From the human T2T-CHM13v2.0 reference genome, Homo sapiens, in contig CP068257.2 of NCBI GenBank assembly GCA_009914755.4, positions 8,608,001-8,672,000 on the forward strand: 64,000 nucleotides of DNA, in the 5' to 3' direction. The notes under the pieces were generated by a model. The model did not search any database, was not told where the DNA came from, and was given only the letters and a program-made list of their open reading frames with translations. Shown here in pieces: positions 1 to 15,196 of this stretch. Position 1 is the stretch's first letter; the number at the start of each line of letters is the position of its first letter. A program made the translations under genes and the position numbers.

Positions 1-1229
1 CAACCTAAGTGTCCAAGAAGACTTGGTTTAACCCTAAGGATTACTAATGTTTTCACTGTGGTCATTGTGGTAGATTATATTACCATTCTCCCATTATCTG
101 GTCTTCCTGCTGTAGTGGCCCTATCTCCTAGAAGATTATACATTTCTGTCCTATTGAAGGAAGGGTCAGATTTAGACATGTGACCTGTTTGGCCAGTGAA
201 ATGCAGGTAGAAGTGGCATGTGTATCTTTTAAGCCGAAAATTTCCTTTTTCAAGGATCTGGGAGCCATCTCTTTCAAACGTAATCCTCCAGAAAGATAAT
301 ACCATATTTCCCAGTCTCCATGAGAGAGTAAGAGCCTAATCTTGCTCCAAGTTGTAAAAATTACCTTATATCATAAAGATAAAAGAAAGTTTATCTTTCC
401 TTTGAAAAAAGACAGTTAGCAAAGACAGGTGGCCTATGATCACCCTCTTACCCTCACTTTCAAAAACTCCATGGCCCTTTGTATCAGGGGAGCTGAGTTC
501 AGACTAGGTCTGGACTCTCTCCAGTATTCCAATAGCTTGAATAATATCTTCCTTACTTATTTAACTTTTTCCAGTGCAATTTTTTCTTTGACTCTTTCCT
601 CCCTCTCTAAAACTTACATTGAAATTTTAGTAGGATTCAAGGCAGCCAATCTCGAAGCTTGAATATATAAAAGAACCCTTTAAGATTAAAAAACCCATAT
701 TATCTTCCATAAGTTATTTCTTCAGACTATTGCCTTATTAAAATTTTCTAGTTCTTATTTTTGCATTAAAAGGAGAATGATGATTTTTAAATAAGTTCCT
801 ACTCACTTTTAATTTCTACTATGACAGTTTTATTACTTTTCATGGCAATAGATTCCTCTGGTTCAACAAGAAGGGCAGAACAAGGAAGTACAGAAACATC
901 TCAATATATCTCAAAAAGTTATTTAACATGGACAGTGTCATTTAATATCTTTAACATCCCTATCAAATGGATGCCATTATTATCCCCCTTTTACAGGATA
1001 TTAAAACTTACATACTGTAAATAACCAGCTGAAAGTCATATAGCATGGAAAATACAATAAGCATACAAAGAAGCAATGGCATTTGAAGTGGAGGAGGGTG
1101 AAGGATTAAAAGGCTAAACTTAGTTTGGTTAAGAAAAAAGAAAACTAGAAGGTGGCAAACTCTTGTTGGAAAGGGGAAGGATTTGGGCACAGCAAGGTAG
1201 TGGAGTAGATCTCTCCAGTAATCATACCC

Positions 1230-4200
1230 CTATGGACACATCTATATGAACAACTATCCACATATGAAATTAACTTCACAAGAGCTAATGAACCCTGAAT
1301 ACATGAGTGAGTCAATGAAGCCCCGTTGGACTGCAAAGAGGAGTAAAACCATGCTTGGACAGTAAGGGAAACAGTACTCTGTGACTGTGATACTCCTCCC
1401 CCAGGCCATAATGGTATTATATGCAGAAAGTCCTCCTGAACTCACTGTTCTTACACTGAATAAAGTGAGCAGAAGTTGAATATTTTTTCCACCATACTGA
1501 GTGCCTTCACAGTAGACTCACTCCTGCATCAGCCCACAAGCAGAATCATGAGTGTCAACAGAGCTGAACCACCAGAGGCATGCTAGGGACATACAGAAGG
1601 GATTGCGTTAGCAATACTTACTATATGAAACTTAGCAGTGGCTAGCCATTCCTACCAGAGGAAATATTATACCAGACAGGTTGTTTATGGGCACCACGCT
1701 GTGGGAAACATGATACACAGACTGTCCAGATTTGATGGCCTGACTTGTTCTCCCCCAACAGACAGCAGCCTTTCTGTGGATCACCCATGGGCCCATCCAG
1801 TTACATTGCATCAGTGGTGAAGCTCCATTGCAAGACTTATGTCTAACCTTTGTTTTGGACACCTCCTAATGTTAAAATGGAATATAATGGAAATCCAGAC
1901 AGAATTTCTAAAGAAGCCCACTGAGAAACAGTCAAAAACAAACCCAGACTGAGAAGATTGAAATAAATATTTAATTCATCAATGTGTAGACAGAGATGCA
2001 CATCTAAAAAAATAAGAATAGCCTAGGAAAAACTGCCTCACCAAATGGAGAAAACAAGGTGTCAGCAACTGAACCTAAAGACATGCAAATGAATGATGTG
2101 GCAGACAAAAAAATTCAAATAGCTGTTTTTTTTAAGAAAAAAAAAAATCTCTGAACTTCAACAAAGTACAGAGAAACAACATGGAAATTTATGAGAAATT
2201 CAACAAAGAATTTAAAATAATGGGAAAAAATCAAAAGGAAATCCTGGAGGTAGAAAGTTCAGTAAACAAACTGAAAAATGCACTAGAGGGCATCCAGAGC
2301 AGAACTGATCAAGTAGAAGGAAAAAAACAGTGAGCTCAAAGACAGGCTCTTTGAAAATACACTGTCAGAGTAGAAAAGAGAAAAAAATGAGAAGAAACAA
2401 AGAAAACTTATGAGATCCATGGGACACCATAAAAAAAAACAAATCTACAGTGTTAAAGTGGAACTAAGAATGAAAAAGAGTTAGAAGCTTATTCAGAGAA
2501 ATAACAGACAACTTTTTAAACTTGGAGAAGGATTAAGATGTTTAGGATGGCCAAAGCTCACTAATCTGATTTAATCTGAATAAGACAACCACAAGACACT
2601 TATAATTAAACTTTCAAACGTCAAAAACAAACAGTAGGTCCTGAAAGCATTAAGAAAAAGGAAGCGTATAACACATAAGAGAATTCCAATGTGCCTGGCA
2701 GCAGACTTCTCAGCAGAAACAATATGGGCCAGGAGAGAGTAGGATAATAGAATCAACTGCTGAAGAAAAAAACTGTCAACCGTGAATACAGTATCCAGCA
2801 CAGCTCTCATTTAGAAATGAAGGAGAGGTTAAAACATTCTAAGACAAACAAAAGATGAAGGAATTCATTGTAACCATACCTGCCTTAAAAGAAATGTTAA
2901 AGAACAGTCTTCAAACTAAAGAAAAGGTCACTAATATGTAATACAAAAAATTGGAAGGTATAAAACTGCAGGTAAAAATAAATATTCAGACAAATTCAGG
3001 ATGCTCTAATATAGTAATAATTGAATGTAATCCACTTACATGTTTTTAGTAAGAAGGTTAAAATACAAAACAAAAACAATAAAAACTACAATAATTTGTT
3101 AAGGGATAAGTGATATAAAAGATGTAAATTAAGACATCAAAAATGCAAAATGTGGGGGAGTGACTGAGTTAAAGAGCAGAGTGTTTGCTTTTCCCCATTT
3201 CTTATTATCAAAATTAAGTTGTTATCCATTCAAAATTACCTATTGAAACTAAAAAATATTCTTCACATGTCTCATAGTAACCAAAAGGTAAACACTTTTA
3301 TTAGATACACTAAAAATAAAAGAACAAGAAACAAAAACACACAGAGAAAATCACTTAACTACAAAGGAAGACAACAAAGGGACAAAAAGGTACAAAAATT
3401 CTAAAAGATAACAAGAAAACAGTATATGGCAGTACAAGTCCTTATCTATCAATAATTACCTTGAATGGAAATAGATTAAACTATCCAGTAAGAAGACAGA
3501 GAATGGGTAAATGGATTAAAAACAAGACCTAACTATATTCTTTCTACAAGAGACTCCCAACACCTGTAAATACACACACAAATTGAAAGTGACCAGATGA
3601 AAAAATATATTTTATGATAATGGAAACCAAAGAATGCAGAAGTAGTTATATTTATATCAAATAAAATAGACTTCAAGTAAAAAAAAACAGTAAACACAGA
3701 CAAACAAGGCCATTATGTAATAATAAAGGGGTCAGTACAACAAGAGAATACAATAATTGTAATTATATAATGCACTCAACATTGGAGAACCTAAATATAT
3801 AAAGCAAACATTAATAGATCTAAAAGGAGAGACAAAAAGCTGTACAATAATAGTAAGAAACCTCGACATCCGATTTTCAGCAATGAACAGATCATTGAGA
3901 GAGAATCTCAACAAAGAAACATTTAAACTGCACTCTAGATCAAAAGAATTTAACAGCTATTTACATAACATTTCATCCAACAATTGCATAATTCACTGTC
4001 TTTTCACCTGCATATGGAATATTGTGCATGATAGATATGTTAGACCACAAAACAAGTCTTAGCTAATCAAAAAATCAAATCATATCATGTGTTTTTTTAA
4101 CCATATGGAATAAAGCTAGAAATAAACAACAGGAGGAACTTCAGAAATTGTGCAAATACATACAAATTAAACAACATATCCTTAAACAACCAATGGGTCA

Positions 4201-7200
4201 ATGAAAAAAATTTAATTTTAAAAATATCTGAAGACAAATAAAAATGAAATCAGAACATATGAAAACTTATGAAATACAGCAAAACAGTCCTTAGAAGGAA
4301 GTTTATAGCAATACATTTCTACATCAATAAAGAAGAAAGATAATAAATAAACCATCTAACAATGTATTTCAAGGAACTATAAAATCAAGAACAAACTAAG
4401 ACCCAAATTAGCAAAAGGATATAAATATCAGAGCACAAATATACAAAATGAAGACAAAAATACAAATGACTAATTAAATGCAGGAATCTTTTTTGAAAAC
4501 GTAAAATTGACAAATGTTTTGTCAGACTAAGAAAAAAAGAGAAAATTCACATATAATCAGAGATGAAAAAGGATATACTATGATAGACTCTAGATAAATA
4601 TAAGGAATCATGAGTAAGTACTACAAACAATTATACGCCAATAAATCGAAAAACTTAGAAGAAATACATATGCTCTGGACACATATAACCTATCAAAATT
4701 GAAGAAAGAAGAAATAGAAAATGTGAACACACCAATGACAAATAATGAGATTGAAGGAGCGATTTAGGCTCTCAGTCAAGGAAAATCCAAAAGACTTCAC
4801 ACAGTAGCTCACACCTGTAATCTCACAGTTTAGGAGCCCAAGGCAGGAGAATCACTAGAGGCCAGGAGTTCAAGATTAGCCTGGGCAACACAATGAGACT
4901 CCATCTCTAAAAATAAAAATAAAAATTATCCAGGTATAGTGGTGTGTATTTGTACTCAGGAGGCTGAGGCAGGAGGATCACTTAAGACCAGGTGTTTGAG
5001 GCTGCAGTCAGCTATGACTGCACCACTGTATGCCAGCCTCAGTGATAGAGTGAGACCCTGTCTCTAAAAAAATAGAGGAAGAAAGAAAAGTTCACGACTT
5101 GGTGGTTTTCGCTGACAAATTCTACAAAACATTTAAAAAATTTATACAAATTATTTACAAACTATTTCAAAAAAATGAAAAGGAGGGAACTCTTCCAAAC
5201 TCATTCTATGAAGACAGCATTTCCTGATTCCAAAATGAGACAAGAACAGCAAATAAAAGAAAACTCCAGGCCAATATCTTTGATAAACATAGATGCAAAC
5301 ATTCAAAACCAGCAGTTCTAGCAATGATATTTCAAAAGCACATTAAAAAGATTATCCACCATAATCAAATGGTATTTACCCGGGGTGGTAAGGATAGTCT
5401 AATACTTGTAAATCAATAAAATGTGATACATCATATTAAACAATGAAGGATAAAAAACATATAATCATTTCAATAGATGCAGAAAAAGCATTTGACAAAA
5501 TTAAACATCTTTTTATGATCAAACCTTTTAACAAATTAGTTATAAAAGAACATAATAAAATAAAGACCATATGTGATAATCCACAGGCAACATTGTACTG
5601 AATGGTGAAAACTTGAAAGCTTTGCCTCTAGGATCTGGAACAAGACAAGAATGTTCACTTTAATCACTTTTTTCAACATAGTACTGGAAGTCCTAGTCAG
5701 AACAATTAGGTAAGAGAAAGAAATAAAAGGCATCCAAATTGGAAAAAAAAAGTCAAATTGTCCCTCTTTGAAGATGACATGATCATATATGTATAAAACC
5801 CTAAATATGCCACTGAGAATCAGAAATAGTAAATGAATACAATAAGGTTTCAGGATACAAAAGCAACATAAAAAATCAGTAACATTTCTATACACCAATA
5901 GCAGACTAACTGAAAAAGGAATCAAGAAAGTAATCCCATTTAAAATAGCTATTAAGAAAACAAAATACCTACAAGTAAATTAAGCCACGGAAAGATGAAA
6001 ATTATTAAACGTTGATAAAAACAATTAAAAAATTAAAATAAATAGAAAGATATCCCATGTTCATGGACTAGAAGAATTAACATTGTTGAAATGACCATAC
6101 TATGCAAATCAATCTATAAATCCAATATAATCTCTATCAAATTTCCAATTTCATTCTTCACAGATATTAAAAAATATCTTAAAATTCATGTGAAACTACA
6201 AAACACCCCAAATAGCCAAATAAATCTTAAGCAAAAAGAGCAATGCTAGAGGTATTACACTATCTAATTTCAAAATATATTACAAAACTATCTTAACTAA
6301 AACAGCATGGTATTGGCATAAAAACAGGCATGTAGACCAGTGGAACAAAAATAGAGAGCCCAGGCATAAAACCACATATTTATATGCAACTTATTTTTGA
6401 CAAAGGTGCAAACATTCAATTGGGAAAAGACAGTCTTTTCAACAAATGGTGCTGGGAAAGTGCATATCCACATACAAAAGAATGAAAGTAGACCCCTATC
6501 TCTCATCATATACAAAAATCAACTCAAAATAAATTAAATATTTAAATGTAAGACCCCAAACTATGAAACTAGTAGAAGAAAACTTAGGTGAAATGTTATA
6601 TGTCATTGGTCTGGGCAAGGACTTTTTAGAAAAGACATTGAAAGTCATGAACAACAAAAGCAAAAATAAACAAATGGGATTACACCAAATAAAAACTTCT
6701 GTACTGCATAGGAAACAATCACAAGAGTGAAGACACAACCTACAAAATGGGAGAAAATATCTGCAAACTATTCACTTCATAAGGGGTTAATATCCCAAAT
6801 TTATAGAAAACCCAAACAACTCAATAGCAAAAATACAAATAATTGGATTAGAAAATAGTCAAGACAGCTGAATAGACATTTCTCCAAATAAGACAAAAAA
6901 AATCACCAACAGGTATACGAAAAAATGCTCACCATCACTAATAATCAGAGAAATGCAAGTCAAATCCACAGTGAGATATCATCTCATCCTGCTTAGAATG
7001 CTTTTTATGAAAAAGTCAAAAAATAGCAAATGCTGGCAAGTATGTGAAGGGGAATTTTCATACACTGTTGGTGGAAATGTAAATTAGAGCAACTGTTATG
7101 GAAAACAATATAACTTCCAAAAACATTAAAAATAGACTTATCACATAATCCAACAATCCCACTACTGGGTATATATTCAAAGATTATTAAATCAGTATGT

Positions 7201-7900
7201 CAAAGAGATTTCTGGACCCTCATGTTAATTACAGCACTATTCACAATAGCCTAGAATCAACCTAAGTGTCCATCAATGAATGAATGGAGAAAGAAAATGT
7301 GGCATATATGCTGTATTTGGTCATTCTTGCATAGCTATAAAGAAATACCTGAGATTGGATAATTTATAAGAAAAGAGACATAATTGGCTCCTGGTTCCAT
7401 GGGCTGTACAGGGAGCATAATGCCAACATCTGCTTGACTAGTCAGGAAGTTTGGGAACTCGTTCACTATCATGAGGATAGCACCAAGCCATGAGGGATCC
7501 ACCTCCATGACCCAAACACCCCCTACCAGGCCCAATCTCTAACAGTGGGGATTACAATATAACATGAGATATGGGTCAGGACAAATATCCAAACTATATC
7601 ACATGCACATTTGGCCATAATAAAGGGTAAAATCATGTCACTTGTGACAACATGAATGAGCATAGACGACATTGTGGTAAGTGAAATAAGCTAACCACGG
7701 TAAGACAAATATCACATGATCTCATTCTTATGTGAAATCTAAAAACACTGATCTAATAGAGAGTAGAAGAGTGGTTACCAGACTGGGAAAGATAGGGAGG
7801 AGAGGTTTTAACAATGTGTCATGTATCAAAATACCACATTGTACCCCATCAACATGTGAAATTATCATGTATCCACTTAATAAAAGAAAAGAAAAAAGAA
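1230..7900 (+). mobile_element. LINE-1, old primate subfamily (L1PB/L1MA-like), near full length: 5'UTR-like leader, degenerate ORF1, ORF2 (EN and RT motifs, e.g. [10 protein letters not shown]...HHDQ at ~5280-5400), long 3'UTR ending in an A-rich tail ~7876-7900; interrupted by an Alu
   Basis: Reading the + strand gives a degenerate ORF1 (KEILEVESSVNKLKNALEGIQSRTDQ...), the ORF2 start (LSIITLNGNRLNYPVRRQRMGKWIKNKT at ~3440) and the ORF2 C-terminus at ~6300-6500. The old-L1 3'UTR block (ggctcctggttccatgggctgtacagggagc ... tgtatccacttaataaaag) follows. Many stops and frameshifts show it is decayed. Confidence 0.65.
4797..5072 (+). mobile_element. Alu (AluS-like), nested inside the old L1
   Basis: It starts cacagtagctcacacctgtaatc.., shows the Alu dimer structure, and ends gagaccctgtctctaaaaaaa. 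Confidence 0.85.
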
Positions 7901-9367
7901 AATGGAAGAGTTAAGATACTGGGGCACTGGAAGAGATAGAAGAGAAGGTCAGTTGGCAGTAAGGAAGAGAGAGTCTGAAAGAGCATGTCACAGAGTGGAA
8001 CATTAAAGTTTATAACATTAGAAATCAATTTTTAAGTTATTGAAAAGTTAAGTTTATAGCCATGAAAGTGAGTAGCTCAATTGAAGTGAAAGTAAAAGTC
8101 AATGAAAGATTAAATTAGAAAATATATTGCTTGGCATTTAGTAATTACTTCAGAAATATTAATAAATCTTAAGAAAATTAAGAACACCAAATCATTCATA
8201 GTGGGCCATTATCATAATACGAATTTATGTGGTAATATTTTATTCTTTCCAGTGAAGGGAGTAATTCAACAGTCTTGATTACAGGTTAGAAAATGATTTC
8301 TCCAGGTGTGACCCACTGACCCCATTCATTGTATTTGAATTGCTTGAGCAATTTGTTTAGGAGAAAATGGAAAGATTTTAAGATGGACCAACGAAATTAC
8401 CACTGAGTGTCTTTAATGGAAATCTCATCCTTGTCTAGAATAACCTGGGTTATCTGTTTCTATAGGGTCTCTGTGCCTTTTGTTTTCTTTGTTATTTGCA
8501 ATTCTGTTAGTTGTAGATTACTGATAGTAATGCAAATATTCTTGTCTATAGACAGGAAAATGATTGATTTTGGTGGAAGTATAATTAATTTTCCTTTTTC
8601 CACCTTCCATCAAGAAGTCAGTTTTGAACCTATCAAGCAAATTTATTTCAGTGTTCCTTAGTGCCTAGATATGTGTGGCTCTTAATTTTCCATAAAACTT
8701 AGTATAACATCTTACTGGCTCCCTCATTAAATAAATGAGTTAAAATCTTAGACAAGTGTTCATTTTATATTTGTAAGTCATAATTTACCCTATTTTAAGC
8801 AATTTTCCTTTATCATTCCTAAAAATCCAGATTCCTATGTCCCATGCTAGACCTATTGAATCAAAATCTCAGGCTGAAGGCACAAGAATTTACATTGTTA
8901 GTAAGCTTTTCAAGTGATTTTTAGGCATACTAAATTGTATTAACCTTTACCATTCTAATTCTTTAAACTGGAATTATTGTATTTATAATTCCATCTTCGT
9001 CAAATTAAACTTTTGGTTAACAAAAACGGTAGAAACCCCCTTATTCAATCAGATTGGGACCAGTAATAAACAGATTAATCACAAATTTAAGTTAGATGGA
9101 GGAATCATAAGAAGTATTAGATGTAAGTCCTTAAAACAACTTTAATTTAAAAGACATGTGTAAATAAATTTGCCAGAATTTTGATGACAAGGTCAAAGCC
9201 TTGCACGGATTCAGAGTGGAGTTTCTTGTGGAAACTATGCCAATGATACGTTGTCATGGATTTCTTGTTCACTTTCTGAGAAGACAACTGGGGTAAAGCA
9301 ATCTGAAATCCTAGATTACACAATTTTTCCCATTTGTTTCTAGTTGTCTTGCCAACAGTTAAGCTGA

Positions 9368-9741
<374 letters not shown>

Positions 9742-10647
9742 ATTAGCCTCTCAACATAATATTTAATTAAATCGCATAGCTACAAGAACAAGAACAAATG
9801 GTGTAAACATATTTAGGAATCAACACAGCTTCCTCTTAGAAACTATACAATTTCTGTAATGGAAGGAGAAATGTACAGGCATTAAAAGTAGCTCAAAGGC
9901 TTTCAGTTTACAGTGGACATCAGTCAATAAGTTACCAGAAAGTGCTGATTGCAAATCAGTTAAGTGGAGGTCAGTTAAGGCAGCATCCACTGTATCCTAA
10001 TTTGAAAAGTGAATGTTCTAAAACTGGGTTCACTTTTGCTATAAAGGACCAGATGATAAATATTTTAGGCTTTGCGAACCATACGGTCTCTATAGCAACC
10101 ATTCAACTCTACCATTGTAGCAGGAAAGCACAAATGATCCATGGATGTGCTCCAATAAAACTTTATTAAAACAGGCAGCTGGTCTGAGGACCATGTATAT
10201 ATCTTGCTGTTTTCACACAATTTTCTAAGTTAGTAGTTCCCTGCCTTTTTAACAATCAAGGATTACTTTTAATCCTCTCTTCTGATTTTATGTTTCAACA
10301 GCCTTAAGAAAACCACACAAAATATATTTATTTTGTAATTTTGGGGGGGGTTCTTATTTTACTAATAAGTAATGAATGATATATAAAGGCTACCTACTAG
10401 GTCAGTATGAAATAATCAACATTATTAACTCTAATGACTTAGTTCTGGATAGAAATAAAAAGTATTCAACTATATATATATATAACTTAAAACCTGTATA
10501 GCTTTTTCTGGTGTAAATATATAACTTTTTGAGATTTTTCAAGTATTGAATACAACATTTGTGAATCCTCACACCTGGCTCCCTATGATGACATTCAAGA
10601 ATTCTTAGGATTCTGGGAATCTTAGAATGAAAGTCACTGCTCTGTTG

Positions 10648-10668
10648 GAATGAATGAATGAATGAATA
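10648..10668. repeat. (GAAT)n microsatellite
   Basis: The sequence is gaatgaatgaatgaatgaat. Confidence 0.6.
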
Positions 10669-11364
10669 AGAAAGGGAAGGAAGAAGAAACAGCATGTTTA
10701 CTAAATGTAAATTAATCATCAAGGAACGTTTATTTTATTAATAAATTTGTCAACTTTAGGTTGCCAAATCTAACAAGATACCAACATGGCATTCATGGTG
10801 ATCACACCTCTAGTCAAATTTTATTTTAGTTCATTGACTATAGTATTAATATCCTGAAATACTCAAAAATTCTGTCCTAATTCTGTGAATAATTCACTTA
10901 TTAATCACCCTATACACTACTTAATGAATGGAATGGTGCTTGGAATAAACATAATTACAGGGCTAAAAGGGTTTTCTCTAGAGGCAGGTTATAAGATTTT
11001 GTTGTCTGACTGGAATAAAACAAAATTAATCAATATTTTCTGCAACCAGTGGCTTTTGACTTAGTCGTCCATTAATATCTATCAATCACTATAACCTCAG
11101 TCCTATTTCCTCCATTCTTCTTTTTGCTATCATCAAAACTTGTCCATTTTTTTTCCTGTTTGATCTATATGTTTCTCCTCTTTTCTTTTCATCCAAACAA
11201 CTGGATATCAACTTAGTACAGATAGTGCAATTGATCCGAACCCTACAGAACTCACTGTTTCCATTTACATAACTTACATAACTGTCAAGCTGAAATCATT
11301 CTCAAATATTTTAATTCAAAACTTTAATTTCATTTAATCATATTTATTCATTAATTAATTTATT

Positions 11365-12925
11365 TTGAAAATAATTTTAACTTGTATTTTACATTCAGGA
11401 GTACATGTGCCAGTTTGTTACATGGGTGTATCTCATAATGCTGAGTTTTGGGGTATGAATGATCCCGTCATCCAGATGCTCATTTGGTATGGTTTGACTC
11501 TGTGTCCCCACCCAAATCTCATGTTGAATTATAATTCCCAATGTAGGGGAAATGACCTGGTGGGAGGTGATTAGCTCATGAGAGCAGACTTCCCCCTTGC
11601 TGTTCTTACATGGTAAGTGAGTTATCATGAGATCTGATGGTTTAAACATATGGTACATCCGCCCTGGCTCACTTGCTCTCCTGCCGCCATGGTAGAAAGT
11701 GCCTTGCTTCCCCCTTCACCTTCTGCCATGATTATAAGTTTCCTGAAGCCTCCCAGCCATGCTTCCTGTACAGCCTGTGGAACTGTGAGTCAATTAAACC
11801 TCTTTTCTTTATAAATTACCCAGTCTCGGGTATTTCTATATAGCAGTGTGAGAACAGATTAATACATGAGCATAGTACCCAATAGTTAGTTTGTCAAACC
11901 TTGCCTTCCTCCTTCTCCCCTCTAGTAGTCCCAGTGTTTATTCTTTCCATCTTTATGTCCATAAGTACCCAGTGTTTAGCTCCCACTTATCATTGAGATC
12001 ATGTGGTATTTCGTTTTGTATTCCTGCATTAATTTACTTAGGATAATGGCCTTCAGCTGCATCCATGTTGCTTCAAAGGACATGATTTTGTTATTTTTAT
12101 GGGTGCATAGTATTCCATGGTGTGTGAAATCGTTTGGAAGGTGGCCCCTATAAATCTCATGGTGAAATGTAATCCTCAGGGTTGGAGGTGGGGCCTGGTA
12201 GGAGGTGTTTGGGTCATGGGGGTGGATCTCTCATGATCTGATACCGTCCTTGTGATAGCGAATTATTTCAAGATCTGGTTGTGTAAGGGTGTGTGGTACT
12301 TACCCCCACTCCCAATCTCTCTTGCTCCTGCTCTGGCCATGTGATGAGCCTACTCCCTCTTCACCTTCCATCATGAGTAAAAGCTCCCTGGAGACACCAC
12401 AGGTGCCATCAGATGCTGTCACCATGCTTCCTGTACAGCCTGCAGAGCTATGAGCCAATTAAATCTCTTTTCCTTATAAGTTACCCAGTCTCAGGTATTT
12501 CTTCATAGCAATGCAAGAATGGCCTAATACTGTGTGGATGTACCACATTTTATTGATCAAATCCACTGTTGATGGGCACCTAGGCTGACTCCATGTCTTT
12601 GCTATTGTAATAGTGCTGCGATGAACATGCAAGTGCATATGTCTTTTTGGTAGAATAACTGACTTTCTTTGGGTCATATACCTGTAATGGAATTGTTGGC
12701 TTGAGAGGTAATTCTATTTTAAATTCTTTGAGAAATTTCCAAACTGCTTTAAACAGTGGCTGAACTAATTTACATTCGCACCAATTATGTGTAAATGTTC
12801 CCTTTTCTCCACAGCCTCCCAAGATCTGTTGTTTTTCGATTTTTTAATAGTAGCTATTCTGACTGGTATAGGATAGTATCTCGTTTTGGTTTTGATTTGC
12901 ATTTCTCTCATGATTAGTGATGTTA
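11365..12925 (-). mobile_element. LINE-1 fragment (older L1P/L1M), minus orientation: ORF2 C-terminus (12545-12925) plus two tandem diverged copies of the 3'UTR block (11400-11830 and 12100-12545)
   Basis: The minus-strand ORF 12580-12822 reads ...WCECKLVQPLFKAVWKFLKEFKIELPLKPTIPLQVYDPKK..., which is the L1 ORF2 C-terminus. Adjacent + strand sequence reads as L1 antisense (tagtagctattctgactggtataggatagtatctcgttttggttttgatttgcatttctc). The two 3'UTR blocks are reverse complements of the block seen at 7330-7560. Confidence 0.6.
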
Positions 12926-15124
12926 AGCCTAATCTCTGCCACCTGAAAACTGGGAAAATACAGTGTCACTTGTCAAAATAAATTGTTTTACTTTGCTTTA
13001 AAAATAATCAATTGAGTAGTATATTTCTTCCAGCAAAATTAAGAAGTAAACATTTAGAAATGTACATTACCTTGCTGTTAAATCTTCGCACAAGTATACC
13101 AATCCAACATAAAGGCCATCTTAAACTTTCATTTGAAATGAAAGACAATTTTTAAGAGGTTAAGGGCTAGTAATTTGTTAAAGTCCTGAAGTTAAATTAG
13201 CTCAAGTAAATACAAAGACTTTCCTTTAATTAAAGTCTTTTAAATGAACACTTTAAAGCATAGTTGGTTTATCCCTCAAATCTTGTCCAAAGCCACTGTT
13301 TACAACTCAGTATATCAAAGAAGGTTTCAGACATGATTGTGAAGCTCCCTCAACTTAACAGTGTGCTATTTGCAACCTTAGATGGCTATCATTCTGGCTT
13401 TTCTACCTTTTAGCAACAATAAGCACACCAGTCCCATTTCTCCCGCACCCTGACTTACCCCTCTTTGCATTTAATAGATAATTTTTCTCAGAGTGTTCTT
13501 ACACATCTTTAACTGTAAATATGACAAAAGCACACAGTATAGTACATGTGCCACATGTATAAATGTTGTATCTAGTCATACAATTTTCCTTTTAAAAAAG
13601 AAATATTTTATTTTCAAAAAGCAAAGACTCTAGGAATCTTTTCTAGCTGCCAGTCATAAAAATATAAATTCCTGGTTAGATTCCCAAATTTGCCTGACCA
13701 TAAGAACCACTTGTGGTACTTCTCAAACACATGTATTCTGAGTCCCATCCGTGATCTCCTGAATCAGAATCAGCAGGTGAGAGGCCTGGGAATACACATT
13801 TTAAACAAATGTCCACAGTGATTACGATTAGTCAAGCTTGAAAAAAATTTCACTAGGATCTTCATGACTGAATATCCTCACAAACATAAGAAAGTTACTA
13901 GAGAAAAATATGAGCAGAATTTCAGAATTTTTCCTTTGCTGAAATTGTTTGTTCCCTCCTCCTCTACTCATCAAGACCTGACTGCTTATGTAACTCCCCC
14001 AAACCATCAACACCTGGAAGGAGTTGAAAATGATTTTAATGAAGAAGAAAAGCTCATGTTTAATTTCAAAACTGACGGTGACAATAGAAGGGAGAGGCAT
14101 GAATTTATCTTGATTCTAACACAAAGCATTATATTTGAGTCTACAAACGAAATTGGTTTCATTTTTATTTTTTGTAAGTTTTCGCCAAACTCTAGGCATA
14201 TATAGAGGCTGGGCAAGAAAGAAAGAAACCCAGAAATATGGCATATGCAATCCCTTATTTATTTCCCCATGCGACCAGCCAACAGCTTCTTCACCTAGTC
14301 CCTGCTTCAAGCTGACTTTCTGTCTACTTCTCTATCGGAAATGGAGCTTCCCTAAAGACTACCTCAATGTCAGTTACCCACAGGCCATTTTTCCATCTTA
14401 TGTTCCTAAACTTCTATGATATTAAATGATATTACCCTTTCTGGAAATTGTCCTTAGCTTTGATTTTATAATTTTACTCTAACTTTGTTTCATTCCTTCT
14501 TTTATAGCCTTTCTTTTCTCTATCCCTTTACTGCAGACATGTTGTACAGCTTTGTTCTTGACCTTCTGATCTCTCCACATTCATTCCCAAGAGCATGTAT
14601 CCATTTTCTTGGCATCGCCCTTCCTAACTATCTGATTATTACCATCATATAATGATGTTGGTGATGAGCATAGCTAACATATCCTAGGCATTTTCCATGT
14701 AGGTTATAATAAGCACCCTATATAATTTGTACCATTTAATTCTTCAACCCTAAATGATACTATTACTAACCACATTGTATGAGATGAGGAAACAGATTTT
14801 CATCAAAACCATGGAAAGCCAACGTGAGGAGCCCCTGTGTGTCTCCTTTTTTAATGCCTCTGGGCATCATGGCATGTGGATTGCGGTGGAATGGGGATTA
14901 GGAAGCGCAGCACTGTGAAAACACCAGAAAATATGATAGCAGGTAAGGACGCTCATCTCTGCACATTGAGATGGTTTTGTTTCTGAGTCAGGTTTGAGAT
15001 GAGCCAATCCTGACTCCATGGTGCCACCAGGGATCACGAATTTAGTAAGATCTTCGTGGATGCTTGGAACCCAACTGGTTTCTGTTTTCTACTTTAGGGA
15101 AAGAGCCACAACTTGAGTGGGGTG

Positions 15125-15196
15125 GTTTTGGTGTCACATACGCTATCAATAATACCCACCGTTTTGGTGTTACATACGCGATTAATAATACCCACC
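15125..15196. repeat. 36-bp tandem duplication (2 copies, 3 mismatches) at the 5' edge of the CpG island
   Basis: Copy 1 is gttttggtgtcacatacgctatcaataatacccacc and copy 2 is gttttggtgttacatacgcgattaataatacccacc. Confidence 0.85.
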